NCBI GenBank assembly: GCA_046727455.1
Contig: JBKPCQ010000219.1
Coordinates: forward strand, 1-49,006
DNA from: Actinomycetota bacterium
GTDB taxonomy: Bacteria > Actinomycetota > Actinomycetes > Mycobacteriales > Micromonosporaceae
Direction of reading: 5' to 3'
DNA: 49,006 nt
The notes under the pieces are model-generated. The model saw only the letters and a list, made by a program, of their open reading frames with translations, ran no database searches and was not told the origin of the DNA. The position numbers and the translations under genes are program-made. Positions 33,424-42,057 of the stretch are shown here, piece after piece; the first letter of the stretch is position 1; each line of letters starts with the position of its first letter.

Positions 33424-35838
33424 GTGGGGGGAAGGCGGGCTTCCGCGCACCGGCGCGGGCGGGTTCGGCGCGTCAACCGGCCGGGCGGGCGGGCGCACCG
33501 CTTCGTGCGGGCGCTGCTCGGGGCGGTCGGCACCGCGGTGATCGTGGCCGGGCTGGTGCTGTTCGGCGCCCGGGGATACCCGACGACGCGGCCGCACCTG
33601 CTGCCCGGTACCGCCTGGCTGGTCTCGTCGCAGGTCGGGCAGGTGACCCTGCTGGACGGCTCGTCGGCCGAGGTCGCGGCGCAGGTCCCGGTGGCGCCGC
33701 CGGGCACCGGGCTGACCGTGGTGCAACAGGGCTCGACGGCGTACGCGGTGAACGGTACCGCCGGATCGGTCCGCCGGATCGACGGCGCGACGTTCGCGGT
33801 GAGCCCGGCGGTGGTCCCGATCCCCGAGGCCGGCGCCGGGCTGGACGTGTTCGTCGGCCCGGACGTCCTGTACGCGCTGGACACCCGGCGCGGTGTGCTC
33901 ACCGGCGCGGATCCCCGGACGCTCGCCGCGCGTGGCGGCCCGGTCTCCCTCTCGGCGCAGGTTCCCGCGCAGGCGGCGGCGTTCGACGACGCCGGCCGGC
34001 TGTGGCTGCTCGACAACGCGACGGGCGAGCTGATCTGGGTACGGGACGGGCAGCGGCACAGCCGGCGCGGTGCCGTCCGGCCCGGGGCGGGGATGCTCGT
34101 GCTGGCCGGTGGCGCGCCGGTACTCGTCGACCCGGCCGGCCGCACCGCCGCGCTGCTCGATCCGCGGACCGGCGCCGCCCGGGGTACCACCGACCTGGAC
34201 CTGCGGCCCGGCGACCGGATCCAGGTCACCGGCTCGGCCGGCGCGGCCCGGCTGTACGTCGTGGCCGCCCGGGGCGTGCTCGCCATATGCGACCTGACGG
34301 CGGCCACCTGCCCGACGATCGTGCCGCTCGGCGGCGAGGGCGCCGACCTGGGCGCCGCCGTGGAAAGCGCGGGGCGGGTCTTCGTCCCGGACTACGCGAG
34401 CGGCCGGGTGTGGGTCGTCGACGTGGGCGAGCGCCGGGTGGTGGCCCAGCCGAAGGTGCTCGACCGGGGTACCCGTTTCCAGTTGCTCAGCCGGGACGGC
34501 GTGGTGTTCTTCAACGACCCCCTGAGCGAGCACGCGGGCGTGATCCGGCTGGACGGCGGGGTACGGCCGGTGGCCAAGTACGACCCGCGCCACCCCGACG
34601 ACTCGCTCCCGGGGGCCAAGGCCGGCGGCGGACCGCAGCCACCGAACAAGGACCCGAACAAGGACCCGAAGAAGGACCCGAAGAAGCCGGCCGACCAGCC
34701 GAAGCCGCCGCCTCCGGCCGGGCCGCCGCCACCGGCCGACCCGCCGCCGCCACCGGCCGAGGTACGGATCGTCGTGTCGACCGGCCAGCCCCGGGTCAAC
34801 GAGGACATCGGGCTGGGCCTCGCCGTGGACCGGGGACCGGCCCCGGTCAAGGCGCACTGGGACTTCGGCGACGGCGGTACCGGCGACGGCACGACCGTGC
34901 TGCACCGCTGGACGGCCGAGGGCAGCTACCTGGTCAGCGTCCGGGCGGTGTTCCCCGACGGGCACCCCGCGGTCGCCTCGCTGACCCTGGACCTGACCGT
35001 GCGGCCGCCGGTCTTCGGGACGGTCGCCGTCACCACCGGCGGCACCGGTACCGGCGTGGTGGACAGCCAGCCGGCGGGCCTCGCCTGCCCCCCGTCGTGC
35101 CGGGCCGACTACGCCGTCGGCGACCCGGTGGTGCTGAGCGCGGCGGCCGGCGGTACCTCCGACTTCACCGGCTGGGGCGGCGCCTGCGCGACCGCCGGCA
35201 CCGCCCCGACCTGCACGCTCACCGTCGGCGCCGGTACCGCCCAGGTCTCCGCCACGTTCGCCGCCAAACCGAAGCTCCGGATCCAGGTCACCAGCGGCGG
35301 CACCGTCGTCGGCACCGGCATCTCGTGCCGCTCCACCTGCGTGACCGGGATGACCACCGGCCAGCAGCTCACGCTGACCGCCCAGCCCGACCCCAACTTC
35401 ACCTTCACCGGCTGGGGCGGCGACTGCGCCGGCAGCGGATCGTGCCTGCTCACGATGGACGGCGACAAGGTGGTGACGGCCGCCTTCAAGTCCCTGGGCC
35501 CGCTGCCGGCGCCGACCGGGCTCAACCCACCCGACCGTGCTCTCATCACGCACACGACGCGGCTGGAGATGGTCACCGTGCCGGTGAGCTGGACGCCGGT
35601 ACCGGGTGCGGACCACTACCTGCTGGAGAGTGAGGAGGTGCCGTTCAGCCCGCCCGGGCCGCCGTTCGAGCACGTGATCACCCCGACCACGGCGCCCAAG
35701 GGCACGGTGCGGCTCGACTGCACCTTCCCGACCGAGGGCCCGCTCTTCCAGTGGCGGGTGACCGCGATCGCGGCGGACGGCACGCGCGGGGCGGACAGCC
35801 CGTGGAGCCGCCTGTTCTGCGGCCCGCCGTCCATGTAA
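33424..35838 (+). CDS. Membrane-anchored multidomain surface protein: propeller-like region, Pro/Lys-rich linker, PKD domain, two GWGG-type repeat domains and an FN3-like C-terminus
   Basis: This is the 3' part of track ORF 32803..35838. GTG 33424 lies 8 nt after GGAGG. The N-terminus is basic and followed by the TM segment LLGAVGTAVIVAGLVLF. It has a PKD signature HWDFGDGGTGDGTTVLHRWTAEGSY and two copies of FTGWGG(A/D)C...C(T/L)LT. Confidence 0.75.
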   Translation: MGGRRASAHRRGRVRRVNRPGGRAHRFVRALLGAVGTAVIVAGLVLFGARGYPTTRPHLLPGTAWLVSSQVGQVTLLDGSSAEVAAQVPVAPPGTGLTVVQQGSTAYAVNGTAGSVRRIDGATFAVSPAVVPIPEAGAGLDVFVGPDVLYALDTRRGVLTGADPRTLAARGGPVSLSAQVPAQAAAFDDAGRLWLLDNATGELIWVRDGQRHSRRGAVRPGAGMLVLAGGAPVLVDPAGRTAALLDPRTGAARGTTDLDLRPGDRIQVTGSAGAARLYVVAARGVLAICDLTAATCPTIVPLGGEGADLGAAVESAGRVFVPDYASGRVWVVDVGERRVVAQPKVLDRGTRFQLLSRDGVVFFNDPLSEHAGVIRLDGGVRPVAKYDPRHPDDSLPGAKAGGGPQPPNKDPNKDPKKDPKKPADQPKPPPPAGPPPPADPPPPPAEVRIVVSTGQPRVNEDIGLGLAVDRGPAPVKAHWDFGDGGTGDGTTVLHRWTAEGSYLVSVRAVFPDGHPAVASLTLDLTVRPPVFGTVAVTTGGTGTGVVDSQPAGLACPPSCRADYAVGDPVVLSAAAGGTSDFTGWGGACATAGTAPTCTLTVGAGTAQVSATFAAKPKLRIQVTSGGTVVGTGISCRSTCVTGMTTGQQLTLTAQPDPNFTFTGWGGDCAGSGSCLLTMDGDKVVTAAFKSLGPLPAPTGLNPPDRALITHTTRLEMVTVPVSWTPVPGADHYLLESEEVPFSPPGPPFEHVITPTTAPKGTVRLDCTFPTEGPLFQWRVTAIAADGTRGADSPWSRLFCGPPSM
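34645..34692 (+). repeat. In-frame 12-nt tandem repeat (aacaaggacccg x2, aagaaggacccg, aagaagccggcc) encoding NKDP-NKDP-KKDP-KKPA
   Basis: Read directly in the linker of the surface protein, followed by a poly-Pro stretch. Confidence 0.85.
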
Positions 35839-35847
35839 CGTCGGCCG

Positions 35848-37086
35848 ATGACGAACTGGGCCGGTAACGTCACGTTCGACCCTGCCCGGATGCACCGGCC
35901 GGGCTCGGTGGACGAGCTGCGGCGGCTGGTCGCCGGCAGTACCGGGATCCGGGCGCTGGGCAGCGGCCACTCGTTCAGCCGCCTCCTCGAAGCGCCGGGC
36001 GACGTGGTCTCGACGGCCGGGTTGCCGCCGGAGATGGACCTCGACCCGGACCGGGCCACGGTGACCGTCGGGGCCGGGGTCCGGTACGGGGAGCTGGCGG
36101 CGTACCTGCACGGCAAAGGGCACGCCCTGGCGAACCTCGGCTCGCTGCCGCACATCTCGGTCGCCGGGTCCTGCGCCACCGGTACCCACGGCTCCGGCGA
36201 CCGCAACCGCTGCCTCGCGGCGGCGGTCTCGGCCGTGGACCTGGTCACCGCGGACGGCGACCTGGTCACCGTGCGCCGGGACGAGGACGGGTTCACGGGG
36301 CTCGTCGTCGGGCTCGGCGCGGTCGGCATCGTGGTGCGCCTGGCCCTGGACGTGGTACCCGCCTTCGACCTGCGCCAGTACGTCTACGAGAACCTGCCCC
36401 GGGAGCGCCTGGCCCACGACTTCGCCGAGGTCTTCGCCAGCGGGTACAGCGTCAGCGCGTTCACCCGGTGGACCGGCGACTGGATCGACCAGGTGTGGGT
36501 GAAGCGCCGGACGGACGATGCCGAGCCGCCCCGCGAGTGGCTGGGCGCCACGCTCGCCGACGGAGCCCGGCACCCCATCCGCGGCCTGCCGCCGGAGCAC
36601 GCCACCGAGCAGCTCGGCGTGCCCGGGCCCTGGCACACCCGGCTGCCGCATTTCCGGCCGGAGTTCGTCCCGAGCATCGGCGCGGAGCTGCAGTCGGAGT
36701 TCCTGCTGCCGCGCGAGCGGGCGGTCGAGGCGCTGGCCGCGGTGGACTCCGTGGGCGCGCGGATCGTGCCGGTCCTGCAGGTCGGCGAGGTGCGTACCGT
36801 CGCCGGCGACGAGCTGTGGCTGAGCCCGTGCTACCGGCGGGACACGGTGGCGCTGCACTTCACCTGGGTGGCGGACGCCGACGCGGTGGCGCCCGCGCTC
36901 GCCGCGCTGGAGGAGGCGCTGGACCCGCTGGGTGCCCGGCCGCACTGGGGGAAGCTGTTCGGCGCCGGGCCGGACGTGCTGCGGCCCCGGTACCCGCGCT
37001 GGGCGGACTTCGCCGCGCTGCTGCGCCGGTACGACCCGGGCGGGAAGTTCCGCAACGAGTTCCTGGACCGGTACTTCCCGGCTTGA
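35848..37086 (+). CDS. FAD-binding oxidase of the D-arabinono-1,4-lactone / alditol oxidase family
   Basis: Track ORF, 412 aa. The N-terminus is MTNWAGNVTF, and LGSGHSFS and the C-terminal HWGK motif are present. Confidence 0.85.
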   Translation: MTNWAGNVTFDPARMHRPGSVDELRRLVAGSTGIRALGSGHSFSRLLEAPGDVVSTAGLPPEMDLDPDRATVTVGAGVRYGELAAYLHGKGHALANLGSLPHISVAGSCATGTHGSGDRNRCLAAAVSAVDLVTADGDLVTVRRDEDGFTGLVVGLGAVGIVVRLALDVVPAFDLRQYVYENLPRERLAHDFAEVFASGYSVSAFTRWTGDWIDQVWVKRRTDDAEPPREWLGATLADGARHPIRGLPPEHATEQLGVPGPWHTRLPHFRPEFVPSIGAELQSEFLLPRERAVEALAAVDSVGARIVPVLQVGEVRTVAGDELWLSPCYRRDTVALHFTWVADADAVAPALAALEEALDPLGARPHWGKLFGAGPDVLRPRYPRWADFAALLRRYDPGGKFRNEFLDRYFPA

Positions 37087-37100
37087 CGCCGCCGCCCCAT

Positions 37101-37122
37101 GGTGAAACAGTGGTGTTTCACC
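37101..37122. promoter_or_regulatory. AT-rich palindrome GGTGAAACA-GTGG-TGTTTCACC (candidate operator)
   Basis: The 9-bp perfect arms were checked base by base. It is nested in an outer CCCCAT (37095-37100) / ATGGGG (37131-37136) pairing and lies between the oxidase stop (37086) and ATG 37145. Confidence 0.35.
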
Positions 37123-37144
37123 AGTGCATCATGGGGGACACGTC

Positions 37145-37648
37145 ATGACTCTGCCGTACCAGGAACCCCTCACCCGCCGCGAGCCCGGACCGCGCACCAT
37201 TCCCGAGCCGCCCCGCCCCGGTGACCCCGGCGGCCCGCCCTGCCGGCTGTGCCCCGTCCAGGAGGGCGAGCACACCGTCTGGTCCGACGAGCGCTGGGTG
37301 CTCAACCACGGCGCGCAGACCAGCCTGCCCGGTACCGTCTGGTTGACCACCCGGATCCACGTCGACTCGTTCGCCGACCTGCCACCCGACCTCGCCGCCG
37401 GCTTCGGCGGCCTCGCCGGCCGGATCGAGCGGGCCGTCCTCAGCCTCGGCGACGTCGGCCGCGTCCACCTGTACCGGTGGGGCGACGGCGGCGCGCACTT
37501 CCACGTGTGGTTCCTCCCGCGCCCGCTCGGGATGCTGGAGGCCACGAAGATGATGCTGCCGCTGTGGGAGGAGGTGCTGCCGGTCGCGAGCGACGAAGCG
37601 GTCGCGGACGCGAAGGCGCGCCTGGCGCGGGCAATGGCGGAGCCGTAG
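37145..37648 (+). CDS. HIT-like fold protein with a degenerate histidine triad
   Basis: Track ORF 37124..37648, starting at ATG 37145 (MTLPYQ). GGAHFHVWFLPRP sits where HxHxHxx is expected. The assignment is tentative. Confidence 0.6.
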   Translation: MTLPYQEPLTRREPGPRTIPEPPRPGDPGGPPCRLCPVQEGEHTVWSDERWVLNHGAQTSLPGTVWLTTRIHVDSFADLPPDLAAGFGGLAGRIERAVLSLGDVGRVHLYRWGDGGAHFHVWFLPRPLGMLEATKMMLPLWEEVLPVASDEAVADAKARLARAMAEP

Positions 37649-37669
37649 CCGAGGTGAGACGCTACGGTC

Positions 37670-38062
37670 ATGACCGAGGACCGCAACGTGCTCGGCGGCG
37701 CCCTGGAGCCGTGCGGCACCGACCCGCTGACCGGCTTCTACCGCGACGGGTGCTGCACCACCGGACCGGAGGACCTGGGCAGCCACACCGTCTGCGCGGT
37801 CGTCACGGTGGAGTTCCTCGCGCACCAGCGGCGCGTGGGCAACGACCTCAGCACGCCCCGGCCGGAGTACCTGTTCCCGGGACTGCACCCGGGCGACCGG
37901 TGGTGCGTCGTGGCCGAGCGCTGGCTGCAGGCCTACGAGGCAGGTGTCGCGCCGCCGGTCGTCCTCGCCTCGACGCACGCCCGGGCCGCCGAGACCATCC
38001 CGCTCGACATGCTGCGGGAGCACGCGGTCGACGTACCGGCCGATCCCAGCTCGCTCGTCTGA
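37670..38062 (+). CDS. DUF2237 family protein
   Basis: Track ORF, 130 aa. The motif is GFYRDGCCTTGPEDLGSHTVCAVVTVEFL. Confidence 0.85.
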   Translation: MTEDRNVLGGALEPCGTDPLTGFYRDGCCTTGPEDLGSHTVCAVVTVEFLAHQRRVGNDLSTPRPEYLFPGLHPGDRWCVVAERWLQAYEAGVAPPVVLASTHARAAETIPLDMLREHAVDVPADPSSLV

Positions 38063-38069
38063 CCCCCCG

Positions 38070-39206
38070 GTGAACCCGGGGCTGGGCACCGTTCTGCGGG
38101 AGTGGGGGCGGCTGGGTTGCGTCGGGTTCGGCGGCCCGCCCACGCACATCGCGCTGCTGCGCCGGTTGTGCGTCGAGCGCCGGGGGTGGCTGTCCGCGCA
38201 GGAGTTCGAGGACGCGGTCGCCGCGTGCAACCTGCTGCCCGGCCCCGCCTCGACGCAGCTCGCCATCTTCTGCGCGTGGCGGGTCCGCGGCCGGGCCGGC
38301 GGGCTGCTCGGCGGCGTGGCGTTCATCGTCCCGGGGCTGGCGCTGATCCTCGGCCTCGCCGCGCTGTTCCTGGCCGGCTCGCCGCCGCGGTGGGTGCTGG
38401 GCGCAGGGGCCGGTGCCGGGGCGGCGGTCGCGGCGGTCGCGGTACAGGCGGGGACCGGCCTGCTGCCGGCGAGCTGGCGGCGGGCCGCGCAGCTCAATCG
38501 GGTGCGGTGGGTCGGCTATCTCGCGGCCGGCGCCCTGGCCGCCGCGCTCCTGGGGCCGTGGGTGGTCGCGGTGCTGCTCGGCTGCGGCGCCGTCGAACTC
38601 GTCGCTCAGGCGGTACCGCGACGGCAGCCCGCCGCCGTGCCGCTGCTCGTCGGCGCCGGGGCGGGCGGCGGGGTCCTGCTGTCGCTGGCGTGGGTCGCGT
38701 TCAAGGTGGGCGCGCTGTCCTACGGCGGCGGCTTCGTCATCATCCCGCTGATGCAGGCGGACGCGGTGCACCAGTACCACTGGATGAGCGCGGCCCAGTT
38801 CCTCAACGCGGTGGCGTTCGGGCAGATCACCCCCGGGCCGGTGGTGCAGACGGTGGCTGTCGTCGGGTACGCCGCGGCCGGGCTCCCCGGTGGCCTGCTC
38901 GCCGCGGCGGTCGCGTTCGCGCCCTCGTTCGTGTTCGTCCTCGGCGGCGCGCGGCACTTCGACCGGCTACGCGGCAACCTCCGGGTCCGCGCGTTCCTGG
39001 ACGGGGCCGGGCCGGCCGCGATCGGCGCGATCCTCGGCACGGCGGTACCCCTCGCGCTCGCGCTCGCGGTGCCGTGGCAGTACGCCGTCCTGGCCGGCGC
39101 GGCCGTGCTGCTGCTCCTGCTGCGGCGCGGGGTGGTGCTGACCATGCTGTGCGCGGGCGCGGCCGGAGCGGTCGCCGCGCTGGCCGGTGCGCCGGTGCCG
39201 CACTAG
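38070..39206 (+). CDS. chrA: Chromate transporter (CHR family)
   Basis: The start is GTG 38070 (VNPGLGTVLREW). It has GFGGPPTHIALLRR and LLPGPASTQ in the first half and YGGGFVIIPLM and ITPGPVV in the second, giving the duplicated CHR architecture. Confidence 0.85.
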   Translation: MNPGLGTVLREWGRLGCVGFGGPPTHIALLRRLCVERRGWLSAQEFEDAVAACNLLPGPASTQLAIFCAWRVRGRAGGLLGGVAFIVPGLALILGLAALFLAGSPPRWVLGAGAGAGAAVAAVAVQAGTGLLPASWRRAAQLNRVRWVGYLAAGALAAALLGPWVVAVLLGCGAVELVAQAVPRRQPAAVPLLVGAGAGGGVLLSLAWVAFKVGALSYGGGFVIIPLMQADAVHQYHWMSAAQFLNAVAFGQITPGPVVQTVAVVGYAAAGLPGGLLAAAVAFAPSFVFVLGGARHFDRLRGNLRVRAFLDGAGPAAIGAILGTAVPLALALAVPWQYAVLAGAAVLLLLLRRGVVLTMLCAGAAGAVAALAGAPVPH

Positions 39207-40294
39207 AGGTCCAGTTCGAGCCAGCGGGCCAGCTCCTCGACCTCGCGATGCACCGCGGCGGTCGTGGCCTTGTCGAAGGGCACGTCCTGGTGGATCGCGT
39301 TGACCCGGAGCACCCCGGCCTTACGGTCTGCGGTGGCGTCGAGCTTGCCCACCAGCCGGTCGCCGTACAGGATCGGCAGCGGGAAGTACCCCCACCGGCG
39401 CTGGCCGGCCGGCTTGTACATCTCCAGCTGGTAGTCGAACCCGAACAGCTCGACGGTGCGCCTGCGGTCGTGGATCAGCCGGTCGAAGGGTGATAGCAGG
39501 GCCACCCGTCCGGAGAACGGCTGGCCCACCAGGGAAGGATCCACTCTCCACGTGCCCTTGACGCCCTCGACCACGGCCGGCTCGCCGGCCTCGCCCACGT
39601 CCGCCGGCTCGCTCGGGGCGATCGGTGCCCGCGCGCGGGCGATGCCCAGCGCGCGCAGCCGCCGCTCGTTGCGGATCCGCAGCGCATCCTCGGCGGGGAC
39701 GACCGGATCGTCGGGGTAGACCCGCGTCGCCAGGTCCCACAGTCGCTCGGTCCCCTGCCGTCCGGCGACCGCGACCTCGCCGCGCAGCACCATGAAATCC
39801 AGCAGCCGCGTGACGTTGCGGTCGTTGGTCCACCCGGTCGACCGCCACGGCACCTTGCAGGTGTCCGGAAGATCGCGCGACGGCAGCGGCCCCGAGGAGG
39901 CGAGCCGGTCGAGGATGTCCCGCCGGCACGCGTCGTTGGCCCGTACCCAGTCGCGGTGGGACTTCTGCCACTCCCGCAGCTCACCGCGCCCGGGCCAGTC
40001 GGCCATCTCCGCGCGGTAGAGCGCCAGGTCCTCGCTCGGCCGGATCATCGCCAGGAGTTCGAGCAGGGTCCGGTCGGCGAGTGCGGCGTCCAGGTCGGCC
40101 GTCCGGAACGACGATCCGAGGCGGCTCCACGCCACGAGGTCCACGTTCGGCGCGATGGCGGCGGTCGGGTCGAGTTGTAGCAGAGTCAGCCGGCGTACCA
40201 CGTCGTGCAGGCTGGTCGGCCGCGCACTGTCCAGTAGCTGCGCACGTACGGCGATGCGGCGGGCGTCGGTACGGGAGAGCTCATGGACGGTCAC
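39203..40294 (-). CDS. Winged-helix YcaQ/AlkZ-like DNA glycosylase family protein (DUF1006)
   Basis: Track ORF, 363 aa, GTG start. It has ARRIAVRAQLL at the N-terminus and YFPLPILYGDRLVGKLD near the C-terminus. Its start overlaps the upstream sigma gene by 14 nt. Confidence 0.8.
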   Translation of the reverse strand: MTVHELSRTDARRIAVRAQLLDSARPTSLHDVVRRLTLLQLDPTAAIAPNVDLVAWSRLGSSFRTADLDAALADRTLLELLAMIRPSEDLALYRAEMADWPGRGELREWQKSHRDWVRANDACRRDILDRLASSGPLPSRDLPDTCKVPWRSTGWTNDRNVTRLLDFMVLRGEVAVAGRQGTERLWDLATRVYPDDPVVPAEDALRIRNERRLRALGIARARAPIAPSEPADVGEAGEPAVVEGVKGTWRVDPSLVGQPFSGRVALLSPFDRLIHDRRRTVELFGFDYQLEMYKPAGQRRWGYFPLPILYGDRLVGKLDATADRKAGVLRVNAIHQDVPFDKATTAAVHREVEELARWLELDL

Positions 40295-41531
40295 GAGTCG
40301 AGGCTAGCCGGGCCGCGCGGGCGTTGAGGTACCGCTGCTGCGGGAAGCTGGCCGTCAGCCGGGCCGCGGTCTCGTAGGACTCCCGTGCCGCCGCCCGGTC
40401 GCCGGCCCGCTCCAGCAGGTGCCCCCGTACCGCGTGCAGCCGGTGGTCCCCGGCGATCCGCTCGTCCTTCTCCAGCGCGCCGAGCAGGTCCAGTCCGGCC
40501 CGCGCGCCGTGCACCATCGCCACCGCCACCGCGTGGTTGAGCGCCACCACCGGGTTGTCGCAGATCCGCATCAGCAGCTCGTACAGCGCCAGGATCTGCG
40601 GCCAGTCCGTCGCGTCGGCGCTGGGCGCCTCGTCGTGGACCGCGGCGATGGCCGCCTGGAGCTGGTACGGGCCGGTGGGGCCGCGGGGGAGCGCGCCGGT
40701 GACGAGCGCGACGCCCTCGGCGATGGCGGTGTGGTCCCAGCGGCCGCGGTCCTGCTCCTCCATCGGGATCAGCGCGCCGTCCGGGCCGGTACGCGCCGGG
40801 CGGCGCGCGTCGGTGAGCAGCATGAGCGCGAGCAGCCCGGTCACCTCGCCGTCGTCGGGTAGCAGCCGGTGGACCAGGCGGGCCAGCCGGATCGCCTCGG
40901 TGGACAGCTCGGGGCGGGCGAGGCTCGGGCCGGACGTGCTGGCGTACCCCTCGTTGAAAATGAGGTACAGCACGTGCAGGACCGCCGCGAGCCGTTCGGT
41001 GCGTTCCGGGCCCCGGGGCATGGCGAACGGCTCGCCGCTGTCCCGGATGCGCTGCTTGGCCCGGCTGATCCGCCGGGTCATCGTCGCCTCCGGTACCAGG
41101 AACGCGCGGGCGACCTCGGCGGTGGTCAGGCCGCCGACCGCCCGCAGGGTGAGCGCGATCTGCGACGCCGGGGACAGCGCGGGATGGCAGCACAGGAACA
41201 GCAGGATCAGCGTGTCGTCCGAGTCCGACGCGGGCCGGTCGGCGGCGGGCGCTAGCCACTGCCCGGGCAGTACCCACCGGGCCACCGTGTCCTCCCGGCG
41301 CTGCCGGGCCTGCTCGGCGCGCAGCAGGTCGGTCAGCCGGCGGGAGGCCACGGCCACCAGCCAGGCGCGCGGGTTGTCCGGGACGCCGTCCTGCGGCCAT
41401 TGCAGGGCGGCCGCGAGCAGCGCCTCCTGGGTGGCGTCCTCGGCGGTGGCGAAGTGCCCGTACCGGCGGACCAGTGCGCCGAGGACCTGCGGCGCGAGTA
41501 CGCGCAGCAGGTCCTCGACGGTCGTCGTCAC
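40281..41531 (-). CDS. ECF sigma factor, ECF42-like, with a long TPR-like C-terminal extension
   Basis: This is the 3' part of track ORF 40281..41645, starting at GTG 41531 (VTTTVEDLL), 2 nt after the YCII stop. It has sigma-2 AEDATQEALLAA, sigma-4 LTTAEVARAFLVPEATMTRRISRAK, and a C-terminal domain of about 230 aa. Confidence 0.85.
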   Translation of the reverse strand: MTTTVEDLLRVLAPQVLGALVRRYGHFATAEDATQEALLAAALQWPQDGVPDNPRAWLVAVASRRLTDLLRAEQARQRREDTVARWVLPGQWLAPAADRPASDSDDTLILLFLCCHPALSPASQIALTLRAVGGLTTAEVARAFLVPEATMTRRISRAKQRIRDSGEPFAMPRGPERTERLAAVLHVLYLIFNEGYASTSGPSLARPELSTEAIRLARLVHRLLPDDGEVTGLLALMLLTDARRPARTGPDGALIPMEEQDRGRWDHTAIAEGVALVTGALPRGPTGPYQLQAAIAAVHDEAPSADATDWPQILALYELLMRICDNPVVALNHAVAVAMVHGARAGLDLLGALEKDERIAGDHRLHAVRGHLLERAGDRAAARESYETAARLTASFPQQRYLNARAARLASTRDRP

Positions 41532-41533
41532 GG

Positions 41534-41929
41534 CTACAGGTCCGCGAAGCCCTCGGTGATCGGCCGCACGTCCACGTACTCCCCGTCGGCGTCCGGGTTG
41601 ACGAAGCGCGCGGCGATCTCGGTCGCCCGGTCGAAGCTCTCGCACTCGACGATCGTGTATCCGGCCAGGACCTCCTGCGTCTCCGGGTACGGCCCGTCGG
41701 TCACCACCGGTACCCGGTTGCGGAGCTGGACCCGCCGGGCGTGTACCGGCGCCGTCAGGCCCCGGGCGTCGACCAGCTCGCCGGACCCGGCCAGGTCCTT
41801 GTGCAGCGCCTCCATATGCGCGTGCATCCTCGCCACGTCCTCGGCCGACATCGGCGGCTTGTCGGTCGGCTTACCGGTCAGGACGTCGTAGTCCTGCTGC
41901 GAGCCGTACAGCAAGATCATGTACTTCAC
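41534..41929 (-). CDS. YCII-related (DGPF) domain protein
   Basis: GTG 41929 (VKYMILLYG) is preceded by GGAGAGGAG. It contains the TDGPYPET motif. Confidence 0.85.
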   Translation of the reverse strand: MKYMILLYGSQQDYDVLTGKPTDKPPMSAEDVARMHAHMEALHKDLAGSGELVDARGLTAPVHARRVQLRNRVPVVTDGPYPETQEVLAGYTIVECESFDRATEIAARFVNPDADGEYVDVRPITEGFADL

Positions 41930-42057
41930 GATGGGCTCCTCTCCGCCGGCACCTCTTCCGGTACCTCTCACGGGAGACGTCGGAGCCGCCCGCGCGGTCC
42001 GGACACCGGGTCAGGTGCTCGCCAGCCGCCGCGCGTGCTCCGCCTCGCCGGGTCAGT

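Noticed and set aside
32923-36945. A 1340-aa minus-strand ORF, the longest in the track
   Set aside because: It lies antisense to three well-supported + strand genes (TrmO, the PKD surface protein and the FAD oxidase). The translation is Arg/Gly/Pro/Ala-rich low-complexity sequence typical of shadow frames in high-GC DNA, and I recognise no motifs.
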